A stretch of DNA of 63,718 nucleotides, counting the filler, from Folioceros fuciformis (Eukaryota): NCBI GenBank assembly GCA_049999805.1. It is 7 parts of 7 records of this genome, joined end to end, with 100 filler letters (N's around TTAATTAATTAA, not from the genome) between each part and the next. Parts side by side here need not be neighbours in the genome. Positions count along the whole stretch, not along the records: positions 38,107 to 50,180 come from JBNGIO010004191.1; 6 more parts are not named here. One strand, written 5' to 3'. This document shows, piece by piece, positions 38,107 through 49,042 of the stretch. Made by a program: the position numbers and the translations under genes. Below the pieces are notes generated by a model, which was not told the DNA's origin, searched no databases, and was given only the letters and a program-made list of their open reading frames with translations. The first letter of the stretch is position 1. Each line of letters starts with the position of its first letter.

Positions 38107-38360
38107 GGGGGGGGGGGGTACGTATATAGACACCTGAGTGCCCCCGCACTACCAAGGGCCAAGGACACCCTCGCCCACACTTCTTCTTGGTCCTGTCACT
38201 CAATCCTATCAAATTACCAAGGGCCAAGGAGCCTTTTGGGTATAAATACCCAAGTATTATTTTCATACTAAGCCGCTTCACTCGCATCTTCACAAAAAAA
38301 AACACTATCTGTTCATTCTGTTCTTCAAAATGGGAGTCCCGAAAGTTTTTTCCTGTACAA

Positions 38361-38833
38361 TAGGCTACAATACTTAGTGGCCACCCCTCTATAGAGATGT
38401 CACCAATATACAAAATAGCTATAACATAGAGTGGCTACATACTCTCGACTTCCGTTTGTGGAGACATCACCATTCACATTAGCTACGACACAGAGTCTCT
38501 TCGTAAGACAAGACTAGTTGGGGGAAGAGTCTTGAGAAGAAACCTAAGAGCATGACATGCCTTTTAGGGTAGGGGTTGTATTTTAAGTTGTCACGAAGTG
38601 TTGTAGGGTTGGTAGCCACTAGAAGTTGTCACCGAGTGGTTTAGGGTTGGTAGCAACCAAAAGTTGTTGTGAAGTGTTTCAGGGTTTACAACCAATGGTA
38701 GTGGCTGCAGGGTTAGTGGAACCTTTAAGGGTGGCACCATTACGATACAGCCAAAAGTTACAGCAGACTTGTTGTTGATAACATCAATAAATCAGTGTGA
38801 TTGTATATATTATATGATCTTATACAATTACCA
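38361..38833. repeat. Direct repeat copy 1 (paired with 46375-46986)
   Basis: taggctacaatacttagt...gagacatcaccattcaca...gagtcttgagaagaaacctaa...cctttaagggtg...ttgtatatattatatgatcttatacaattacca is shared with copy 2. Confidence 0.88.
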
Positions 38834-38899
38834 AGGGCTTATAACAAGTCACATTTACTTGGAAGTAAACTGACCATACCGCCATTGTACGTAACTTAT

Positions 38900-40290
38900 C
38901 GCTGTTATGAACGATAGGTCTTGCACCAAAGAGATTAATGGAGACCCATTCTTTTGCTACGGCCTGCATGCGATTTTCAATCTCGAATTGTGTCAGAGAA
39001 GACTAGATGTAGATGATACATAGTCACCACCTTTTACTACCCTAAACGCTTGACGAGTGACTCTCAGGGTCAATTCTGGCTTGAGTATTATGATCTTGGG
39101 GGCTGCAGAAAGGTGTATATCTTCTCCATGCACCCAATTCTTGATACAAGTTAGGAGAACCCTGGAAGGGTCCTCAATTGTGTTGAATCTCATGAATATG
39201 GCTTTCCCATCACCAATCGTACCTTTCTTGCCCAAGGCCCACCTCCTCTGCGCTTCGAGGACGCACTAGATGTATCTCAAGGTTGCAACATTTTGCTGAC
39301 AATTATAATTTGTTCCCCCACCATGTCTATGACAATCCGGGGTGATTTTGGGATTTAGATACATGTAGTTCGGATTAGACAGATTGGTGAGCATGTATTG
39401 AGGCTATGCCCAAGCGTTGCATGTGAGTAACCGTCTCAATGTTGGTTTGCTAAAATGCCTATTCAACATCTTACTTATTGTATGTAAACAGGAACCGTGC
39501 TCTAAGGGCTAGCGTGCTACATAACTTAACAATGTCACATAGGGACATGACCTCCATACCGAAAGCAACTTTTACTCTCTTTGATTAGGCTTGAATTTGA
39601 AGACTTCATAGAAAAAAAGAGATGGAAGTTCCATCTACCCCGTGACAAGGGGAACAACTGGCAATGGGGAAAAGCCAAGAACGGGGGCCTAGCCCATCAC
39701 TTTTCACTCTTTGATTAGGCTAGGATTCGAGGCTATTTGCTGGAGATGAGGATACGTCGCTATATCTTGAAACTTGTCGGGACAGAGGGCAGGGTGAACC
39801 ATCACTAATGTTGTGCCCGCAGTTAGCTTCAACTTGCCACTCTTCCCGTTGCACTTCGATTCCATTTTTCTCCCAAGGTGCGCTTTCAAGGGCTGGAGCT
39901 TCACATGAACAACAAACTCATAAAATCATAGAAGTGACTTGAGCTCGGTATATCTTGGTGCGCGACTTGATGAAAGAAGTGAGATTCCGCATGTTGAGTA
40001 TACCCAAATCTCTAGCATGCTGATCTTCAATGCTGTTCACGTCCGCTAGTTCTAGCCTTTGAACTCATCCTTCCAAGATTCCACCATCATGTTTGGAGCA
40101 ACAATGAGCATCTTCTTGTGCGGACAGCTAGTGAGCAGCCTTTCACAAAGGCTATCATCATCAACTTTCTTCCTAGACCTTGTGCATGTCGCAGAATACA
40201 TCCTCTTCAGCCATTCAAAGACTTGACAAGGAATTGAAATCCTTTCACTTGATGTTTGTTCATCTTGGGCAGAAAGCTAGGAGAAATTAT
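38900..40290 (-). pseudogene. Degenerate CLSY/DRD1-type SNF2 chromatin-remodeler fragment, copy 1
   Basis: Minus-strand translation across frameshifts: PKMNKHQVKGFQFLVKSLNG*RGCILRHAQGLGRKLMMIAF (motif I), CPHKKMLIVAPNMMVESWKDEF (Ia), MRNLTSFI..ELKSL..FYEFVVHVKLQPL, TLVMVHPALCP, FNTIEDPSRVLL...GEDIHLSAAPKIIILKPE...VTRQAFRV (V/VI). Confidence 0.8.
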
Positions 40291-40896
40291 GAAGGTTTTG
40301 TATGAAATATCATTACTGTTCTTTGAGATCATTTTGCCCCTAATGTCCCTATTATGGTTTATCTCTCAGGGTAGGTGGGTTTTCCATCTTGTTTTTCAAT
40401 GAGTTTGAAGATATTTTATATCATGTATGCACATTCGATAAAATAAATTACTCCTCTCTCCTTGTATTGTTTGTTTTAAATATGCTATACTTTATGAGCG
40501 AATACACTTGTCTATCATATCTAAGTAATAGCATTGTTTTAATGATTTTATTACTTTGATCGAAATTTGAATATTGTTGAACACTATATATGTATGCATA
40601 GGTGCTTCAAAAATCACAGCTAGTTGCTGTAGTGATGTTGGCATAAACATCCTTTCCTTGAAGGGATTGGGCTGTATATCTTTGCAGCAAGGCATCATGG
40701 TGTCCCATGCAAGATCCAACTTGGTATATGTTGTTGTTGTTTTTTTTTTTTTTTTTTACATACTTTCCTAGATTGAGTTCAAATTTGTTTTGGAGTGAAA
40801 GTTCACAGTGATTTTTTTTTTTTTTTTGTATGAGATATATTCCACTCTTATAATTTTGTTTTTCTGACTTGTATAATTTCTTCTTCCCTTTGACAG

Positions 40897-41367
40897 ATGC
40901 AACATATACTCAACTTTCCAATGGATGTTCAAATCAAAATTGTGGAGAACTATATTGCAAACCATACCGATGGAACATGGCAGTGGGATCCTATGACAAA
41001 AAAAGCAACTACTGAATATAATGGTGGCACCAGCATAGTGGATCCCAACCTTCACCTCTTTTCTATCAATGCATGTTTGGAACTTGGTTTGGTTACTGAT
41101 GTTGAGATCTTACCAGCTCGACATAATTCAGGGGCATATTGTTGGTTATGTAGACAACCGAGGCGATTTCTTAGTGATGATTACTTCTATTATGATTCAA
41201 ATATACCTTGGGAGATGTTTTATGACGTAACTGCCAAAATTGACATGAATCTTGTGGGCACTTTAACATTGCCTGCCACACCTTGCATCTATTTTGAAGA
41301 TGAAGAGGGCAGGACAAGGGCAAGAGTGCCCAACATACATGTCCCTTCCTTATTTCCCACGCGATGA
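40897..41367 (+). CDS. Hypothetical 156-aa protein with an F-box-like N-terminus
   Basis: ATG follows a pyrimidine tract plus CAG acceptor; ILNFPMDVQIKIVENY resembles an F-box start; CWLC motif; no stops. Confidence 0.45.
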   Translation: MQHILNFPMDVQIKIVENYIANHTDGTWQWDPMTKKATTEYNGGTSIVDPNLHLFSINACLELGLVTDVEILPARHNSGAYCWLCRQPRRFLSDDYFYYDSNIPWEMFYDVTAKIDMNLVGTLTLPATPCIYFEDEEGRTRARVPNIHVPSLFPTR

Positions 41368-41781
41368 AGAGGGTAGGAGAAGGGCAAGTATTGGAGGATG
41401 TTGGACGACAGCACTAATGCGTCACATCAGAGTTAGGAAGGAGGGAGCCTTAGAGTAGGTGTCCCTAGTCCGGTGCTGTATCTCGAACTTTGGATCACCC
41501 CAAGGGGAGTCCGAAATGAAAATTGTGCAAGGATGCATATCAGGAGTTTGTTCCTAGAACCTTTGGCTTGGCTGCTTTTCTTTCTTTGTTACATCTCAGC
41601 GTTTTGGCCTTGTCTGCTAACTGTCCTCGGGTACTGCACTTGAAGCCTCTCCAGTATCTGCAGAAGCTTGTCCTAACAAGTTCCGTTCTTGGGTACTGCA
41701 CTTGAAGTCTCTACAGAGATTGCTCTAACAACTTGCCTGCATTGTAATTGCAATTGGGTACCGCAGTTGAAGCTCTCCAGC

Positions 41782-42142
41782 ATCTGCAGAAGCTTGTTCC
41801 AACAAGTTTATTTGCAGAAGCTTGTTCTAATAAGTTAATCTGCAGAAACTTGTTCTAACAAGTTTATCTGCAGAAGCTTGTTCTAACAAGTTTATCTGCA
41901 GAAGCTTGTTCTAACAAGNNNNNNNNNNNNNNNNNNNNNNNNNNNNNNNNNNNNNNNNNNNNNNNNNNNNNNNNNNNNNNNNNNNNNNNNNNNNNNNNNN
42001 NNNNNNNNNNNNNNNNNNTCTAACAAGCTTATCTGCAGAAGCTTGTTCTAACAAGCTTATCTGCAGAAGCTTGTTCTAACAAGCTTATCTGCAAAAGCTT
42101 GTTCCAACAAGTTTTTCTGCAGAAGCTTGTTCTAACAAGCTA
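41782..42142. repeat. 28-bp minisatellite ATCTGCAGAAGCTTGTTCTAACAAG(C/T)TT spanning an N gap
   Basis: About five copies on each side of the gap at 41919-42018. Confidence 0.93.
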
Positions 42143-43299
42143 TCGGTTCTGTTCTGTTCTTGGGTGCTGCACTCTAGGAATCTTCATTGTCTCTACAATG
42201 AGCATGACAGACCGAGACATGAGTGAGGCTCCTGTTGTCAGACAGTCTTTACAATCCCCGGCTACCGAAGCAGGTCGAAATCTCGAGATGCTTTTAAGGC
42301 TGCCTTGTTAGAGCCAAGCATAGAAGCCACAAGTTCTCCCAACGCAAGGGAAACGGGCTGCTGTCCTTACTAATCGGCTAGCTTCGCCCCATACTATGAG
42401 CCTGAGATCCGTGACAGACGGGTCTGACTCATTGATAGCAGTACTTCTGTCCCGCCAAATCTGAAGCCTCCTGCTTTGCATACCACCATCCCAGGGATGC
42501 ATGATTGGGCTACGGTAGCCCCAAGCCGCTAGGATCTGGTGATCGTCATCTCTGCCTGTTCTGTATCCCGCGCTATCCCAGGATGTCTGTCCTCGGATTC
42601 GAAGCACGTCCAAGTAACGTGCTTATGGCAAGCCACAATACTTAATTTAGGCCCTCCTGCTCAACTTGTTCATGCGGAACAAATGCCTCCATTCCAAGCT
42701 CTTGTTCGCCATGTCCCGTATTCAGCAATGTCCCCTGCACTACATCCTATCCTCCGTTAAGATAACTTCTCAAAATTTGTTGTGCACCTTCCATTTCACC
42801 ACCATAGATATCCACCAGGCACCTAGGTGGCCACAGCACGTCATCCAGCAATTTTCTTCTGGCATGTACAGCTCCCTGCCTTTTTGCCTTTCTCGAACGC
42901 ACAAAACGTAGCTCACACATCTCACGCTGTCCGTGTGACCCAGTTCAGAGGCTGACTTCAGCCTGCTACATACCAAAAGTTTCAGAGACGAAACGGGACT
43001 GTTGGAGAAATGTGTAGGGAGCACAGCCTCCGGCCCAGTACCGAACGTGTTCCGCCAAAATCTACAGCACACGATGCAATGGGACAGACTTCTTCAGCCG
43101 ACATCTGAAAATAAGTCTGAGTGCCATTCCAGAGACAGTCAGGTGAGCTCTGCTACACACTTCAAGCTTCCACAGTGTCAGGGAGTTGGTCTCAATCTCA
43201 GTGTAATGCCTATTACCTCCTCAGCTGGTACGAACCTCGGCCTTCATAGCTAGGGAGTTGGGCTGAGGTGAGGGCTGGAATTCGGTGACTCTGTTCCAC

Positions 43300-44075
43300 C
43301 CAAATTTACGGTTCAAGATGCCATTTGGCAGCCATGGCTCGAGCAGTAAGGGATACATCTTCTCCACAAGCACAGGTCATGATACAGTTTCGGAGAACCC
43401 TTGAAGGGTTTTCATTCTTATCGAATTTTTTTAAGCTGGCAGTAGTATCACCAACACAGAACGCCTTTCTGCCCCAAGGCCCAGCTCCTCTGCATTTGTA
43501 TGATGCTTTGAGGTTAGATATTCTGCTACGAAAAGCCATCATTTCTCTCGTCTTGTCACAATGAGACACAATCGCCATACCGAAATCAGGTTTCACACCT
43601 TGACTTGGATTCTATCTTATTTCGTGAGGATCAGGATACTCGGCTGTATCTTGAAATTCTTCGGGGCAGAGGGAAGACTGAACAGTCCCTAATGTCGTGC
43701 CTACGTTAAGCTTCAGCTTGCCATCTGTGCCGCTGTATTTATTAGTCTTGATTGTTTTCACAAGGTGCCTTTGCAAAGGCTGCAACTTCACATGACAACA
43801 AACGCAAAGTCCTGCAAGTAATTTTAGCTCTGTATCATCGTCGTGCGAGTTGATGAAGGAAGTCAGATTCCACGCGTTGAGTATACCTGCATACTTTTCT
43901 AACGTGCTCGTCTCCTAAACGAGCACTTGATTTCCAGGATTTCTTCCTTGCTGCAGCTTCCCGTCCCATCACCATTTCTTGTGTGGATCAGGCCGTTATT
44001 GTACCCGGTCGTAAATTTTCTACTTGTGCTCCTGCTGCATCCGCTTTTGCGCAAACTCTGGATGGTATAAAATAT
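43300..44075 (-). pseudogene. Degenerate CLSY/DRD1-type SNF2 fragment, copy 2
   Basis: IQSLRKSGC..., NLTSFINSH..ELKLLAGL..HVKLQPLQRHL, GTTLGTVQSSLCP, NPSQGVKPDFGMAIVSHCDK, FDKNENPSRVL..CACGEDVSLTA. Confidence 0.75.
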
Positions 44076-44179
44076 GGACTCTGTCCACATTCTTCGTTCC
44101 AGTGGCGCACTGGAAGAAGACATACCCACAATTTCGGAGATGGGTGATTTTTTGTCCACCTCTGTTGTCAACGATAGCA

Positions 44180-45070
44180 TAGCTCCTGTACCAAAGAGAT
44201 TGATGCCGACCCATTCTTTGGCTACTGCTTGGCTTCGATTTTCAATCTTGTTTGTTTTGGAGGCAACTACATGATCCGATCCACAGTCACCACTTCTGCT
44301 GCCCCAAATGAGAAACACTGCTCTCCCCACTTCTGCTTCCCCAAACGTAACGAGTGACGCTGGGGTCAAACTCTGGCTCCAGCGTTATGATCCTGGATGC
44401 TGACGTAGGTCTTATAATCTTCTCCATAAGCGCAGGAAAACCCTCGACCCGTGAGGAATGTTGTCAAGGTGGGTTTTCACAGCACCCATCAGAAGTTTGT
44501 AGTCCAAGCTTGGCCCAGCTCCTCTGCATTTCCAGACCGCGCTGTTGGATGTGTCTCAAAGGCTGCACCATTCTGTTGAAAATTGTTTGCTGTTCTCCAA
44601 TCTCCATAACGAAATCAGCTTCACACCTTGATTGGGATTCGAAGCTGTTTTTTGGAGCCAGATACTCAGCAGCTGAGGGAAGGGATGAACAGTCACTAAT
44701 GTTGTGCCCGCATAAGGCTTCAACTTGCTGCTTTTCCCGCTGCACTTGGACCCTATCTTTTCCACAAGGTGCGCTCGCAAAGGCCTGAACGACAAACTCA
44801 TAATATCATGGAAGTGACTTGAGCTCGGTAACCTCTTTGTGTGAGTCGATGAAAGAAGTGAGATTCCGCATGTTAGTATTCCTAAATCTCTAACATTCTG
44901 ATCTCTCGTGCTGTTCATCAAAGCACACTTCGACATCCATAAGCACACTTCCATTTCCAGAATTTGCCATGCCTGTGCCGCTTCTTGTGGGATCAATAGG
45001 CCATTAGCGCACGAGCTATCACTATTCTGCTTGTGCTCCAGCTCCATGAGCTTTTGCGCAAACTCTGAAT
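44180..45070 (-). pseudogene. Degenerate CLSY/DRD1-type SNF2 fragment, copy 3
   Basis: IQSLRKS, MRNLTSFIDSHKEVTELKSLP*YYEFVV, GTTLVTVHP, NPNQGVK, RIITLEPEFDPSVTR, HVVASKT.KIENRSQAVAKEWVGINLFG. Confidence 0.75.
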
Positions 45071-45260
45071 TGTGAGCTCGTGGATCACCACCTTCCCCTC
45101 CTGTCCCACACAAAAAGCCCCATTCACAGCATGAGGAGTGACGCCTAGTTTGAACTGTAGCTCCAACAATAGGATCTCGAAGGTGGCAGTATGGTCAACA
45201 TTTTCTGGCCAAGAGTTGATAGAGACCATGTCACCTCTCAAAGGATCTTTTTTGAAGAAG
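45071..45260 (-). pseudogene. C-terminal SNF2 helicase motif V/VI fragment (partial copy 4) fused to copy 3
   Basis: EILLLELQFKLGVTPHAVNGAFCVGQEGKVVIHEL resembles RV+LLDxxWNPxVxRQA+xRA+R+GQxxxVxxYxL and runs in frame into TIQSLRKS. Confidence 0.6.
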
Positions 45261-45675
45261 AATCTCCTTCTGAATCCCTTTACCATTAGTGATGCTATTA
45301 ACCTGGAATACTACCTCCTCCTTTCCTCCTTAACCTGTCTCGTATGGTTGACAATGTTTTGCCATTTACAACAAAAGCACCTGTAGCAAATATGGTCAGA
45401 AAATGTGGTCAGAAGGTTGAACTTAAAACTAACAATATATGGACGACCAAATGTCCAACACAAAGTAATCAATGGACACAAACTATACACAAGTTATTGC
45501 AACTTAGCAAACTACAACGCTTAATGTAGGTCACTTTTACCAACACATGAATGATAACACTTACTAAGATAATGATAAGATGCCAAATTACCTCATAGAG
45601 TAGCTAGAATATAGAGATTGCTCCAATACAAAGTTCCTTTGTGCAGGAGTGTTCCTTTGCGAAAAAGGCGTGCCT

Positions 45676-46460
45676 TTCTAGAGATGTCACCATTCTGTTT
45701 AACTACAACATAGACTGGCTATAACATGGGGGCATCCCTTTCCGCAGATGTCACTATACAATTTAACTACAACACAGAGTGGCTATAACATGGACTCCCA
45801 GCATTTCTTTGAGGCATCCCTTTCCAAAGATGTCACCATACAGTTTATAAGTTATGATATAGAGTGGTTATGATAGACACTCTTAGCATCCCTTTGTAGA
45901 GAAGTTACCATAGCTACAACACAGAGTGACTACACTCATAGCAACACTTAGCATCCCTTCGTAGAGAAGTTACCATAGTGGCTACACGACGCATCGTGGC
46001 TACAATACAGACTCTTGGTGGTTCTATATAGATATGACAGACACTTCTAGCATCCTTTTGTCGAGAAGTTAGCATAGCTACAACACAGAGTGACTAAAGT
46101 TAGCATAGCTACAACACAGAGTGGCTAAAGTTAGCATAGCTACAACACAGTGGCTACAAAACGAACTCTTAGCGGCTTTGTGTAGAAACGTCAACATTTG
46201 GATCAGCTACAAGACCTTGTGATGAGCCCCTTCGTACAGATGTCACCAATATACACAATAGCTACAATATCTAGCAAAAACCACCCTTTTGTAGAGAAGT
46301 TACCATAGCTACAACACAGAGTGGCTACAACACGGACTCTTGGTGAGTGCGTTGTAGAGACGCCAACATTTGGATAGGCTACAATACTTAGTTCACCACC
46401 CCTCTATAGAGATGTCAGCAAGATACTGAATAACTAAAATGTATAGTCACTACAACACAG
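45676..46460. repeat. Degenerate tandem array (~60-70-bp unit, core TAGCTACAACACAGAGTGGCTA)
   Basis: Recurrent agagatgtcacca / agagaagttacca...gctacaacacagagtgg...gcatccctt blocks. Confidence 0.85.
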
Positions 46461-46986
46461 ACTCTCATACTTCCGCCTGTGGAGACATCACCATTCACAC
46501 TAGTTACGACAGAGAGTCCCTTCGTAAGAGAAGACCAGTTGGAGGAAGAGTCTTGAGAAGAAACCTAAAGTATGACATGCCTTTTAGGGTAGGGTTGCCT
46601 TTTAAGTCATTCCGAAGTGTTGTAGGGTTAGTAGCCACCAGAAGTTGTCACTGAGTGTACTAGGGTTGGTAGCCATTGTGAAGTGTTTTAGGGTTTACAA
46701 CCATTGAAAGTTGCTGCAAAGTGTATCGATATTGGTGGTGGTGGCTATAGGGTTGGTCGAACCTTTAAGGGTGACACGATTTTGTGGTCGAGAAGTGTTT
46801 TAATTGTGTTTTAGAAATTCTTTTTTAATTAATCAAAATCTCTCTTTACATGCCTTTCATGACTTAGATTTGTTTTTTCACTAATAGATATTTTCCCATA
46901 CAATCCAAATGTATTGAGATATGAGGATGAAAAAAAGAAAATAGAAGGTGAGCTTGTATATATTATATGATCTTATACAATTACCA
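46375..46986. repeat. Direct repeat copy 2 (paired with 38361-38833)
   Basis: Same blocks in the same orientation; the segment at about 46780-46950 differs from the corresponding part of copy 1. Confidence 0.88.
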
Positions 46987-47896
46987 CTAATAAAATATCT
47001 TAGATGGAGGGAATCCGGCATTTGGAAGACGTGGTTGGATGAGACAATGCAGAATAAGCACCTGCAGTTTGGTGTGCACTCCTGCAGGATTGACAGCATC
47101 AGAGGATCCAGGTCGTCCTCATCCTGGGAATGCAGCAGGAGCAGTTGAAGTTCGGCGATGCTGCCATTGTGAGGCAGTGCCCACAACCCCCTCGTAAAAA
47201 AAACGGATGGTTACATGGAGGAAATCTTAAAGTGGTGCTGGAGAGACTTGAAGCTGCTCTGAGCCCAGCGTCTGCAGCCCTGTCCTGGCAACCCCTGCCC
47301 TGTTACCTCTAGTCAGGAAGCTGGGGTGATGGCTTCATCGAATGAAGGAGCCGCAGCTGCTCCACTGTGAGACCTCACCCTGCGAAGGAGCAGGTATCAC
47401 CACTCAGAGCATTCTAGACAAGAAGCAAGATGGCTACTTGCTCACGATTCTTCTCCCTCAGGACCCCGCGTCCGAAAATTCTTCTTACCAAATCCTCAAC
47501 TGTCGCAAATCCTGGCGAGGAAGGACACATGAATCACATACTTCCGATGCATCGTCACCAGTGACGGTAGAACCACAAGTTGTTCCCAAGGCATATAAAG
47601 CGGCTGACCTGAATACGTTAGGGCACCAGTAAGGTTGTTTCTGTTCGGTCGTTGTGGCGAACATCTCTGTTTCTTCCTTACGTCTGTAGACGGTCTCGCG
47701 AAGGCTAGGGTTCTTCAGGCGAGGTTAGGATCTGCACGGCGTGTCTGATGTTGCTTGCAGTGCGTTTTGACCTTGGTCTGGTCGGTCCATGGAGGCCCGG
47801 CGCCGATGTGTTTGATGTCATTTAGCGTCCCAAGGCCCTGTTTGATCGGTTGTGTGGATGTTTGTGCTAATTGTCGATCGTCTTGGCCATACGCAG

Positions 47897-48013
47897 ATGA
47901 TTGACGACCAAGATCTGGGGTTTTTGGCCAACTTCTTGGGGATCACCATCTTTGTGTTGGTGGTTGTCTATCACTATGTGGTGGCGGATCCCAAGTACGA
48001 AGGCGGCAACTAA
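47897..48013 (+). CDS. OST4: Oligosaccharyltransferase subunit 4 (38 aa)
   Basis: [41 protein letters not shown] directly after an intron acceptor (acgcag); below the ORF-track length cut-off. Confidence 0.93.
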   Translation: MIDDQDLGFLANFLGITIFVLVVVYHYVVADPKYEGGN

Positions 48014-49042
48014 TTTGAGGCACTATGTGTGCACGAAGAAGACAACGAACACCCTCCCACGCAATGGAGCTGTCGCTGGCGGCGGCGCAACTGAGGCTGA
48101 GGCTCGATTGCGCAAGCAAGGTTTCTAACATGGTGTAGCGACAAAGTTGTCAAAGATGTAGCTTGTTTTGTTTCCTCAGTACTGAATGGTGTTCTTATCA
48201 CCGAAATGCGCAGTGTATCCCGCAATTAGAAGCTAGCGCATTTTGGGAGTATATATTGTTCGGCGCTGTTTGGCAATTGCTGGTGTGTTCAGTAGGGCTG
48301 CCAGATCTACACCCTTACTCTCTGCGAATGAGTTAAGGTATCCGATCGGGCACATATCGATGCAGGTAACAGTTGAGTCATCACTGTCTTATGTTGGTGG
48401 CAGATGATGAATAACGTACTGCAACATGCTTTTCCATCGCAAGATGTCTGCTCTCCTAATCAGCCACAGGCCCCAGCGTCGTGTATGATATCCTTCGCTC
48501 CTGGAGATGTGTGTCATGGTGGATGAGGCTTTCTTGGTGCTGGAGATGTGTGTTGTTGTGGACGAAGCTTTCTTGGAGAGTGTCTATCCTCCTCAAAAGG
48601 ATGTCGTCATTTCACGTGCGGTTGTGCTTGTTGTGTGTGTGTTTGTACTTGTTGGCCGTGCGTCCCTGATGACAGCTCGTCCAAGCCCTTGGTGGATGAC
48701 GCAAAAGCATAGTTTATCGGAGTTGGCTTGGCTAGCCATGATGAACTCATTAGCATGTCTTTCGCTCCTGGCTGACACCAGGAAGGGACTGTTTTTCTCA
48801 CTTCGTGCTGAGGTAGGACTCACTGCAAGACCGGAAGTTAAGTGCGTGCAGAATTGTCCCAACGTGCACTGTGTGGTTTTCAATTCTAAATGTTTCATTC
48901 ACGTAGGACTGCGAAACGCACAATTGAATTCCCGCGCATAGGACTATGTCCGTCCCATGTTCACGCAAGGGTGAGAACAAAAATACAGGATCTCCTGCTT
49001 CCCAGAAATGCCAGCATGGGTGGAGAGGGATGAAGCGGCAGG

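Noticed and set aside
41782-42142. Palindromic 28-bp repeats as a CRISPR array
   Set aside because: Units are directly adjacent with no unique spacers.
43899-44369. YqaJ/lambda-exonuclease (ILEIKC) or SET-domain (NLTSFINSH) assignment
   Set aside because: Isolated look-alike motifs; the collinear series of SNF2 CLSY/DRD1 motifs explains the region better.
45676-46460. CRISPR-like repeat/spacer array
   Set aside because: The intervening sequences are themselves related degenerate repeats, spacing is irregular, there are no cas genes, and the context is eukaryotic.
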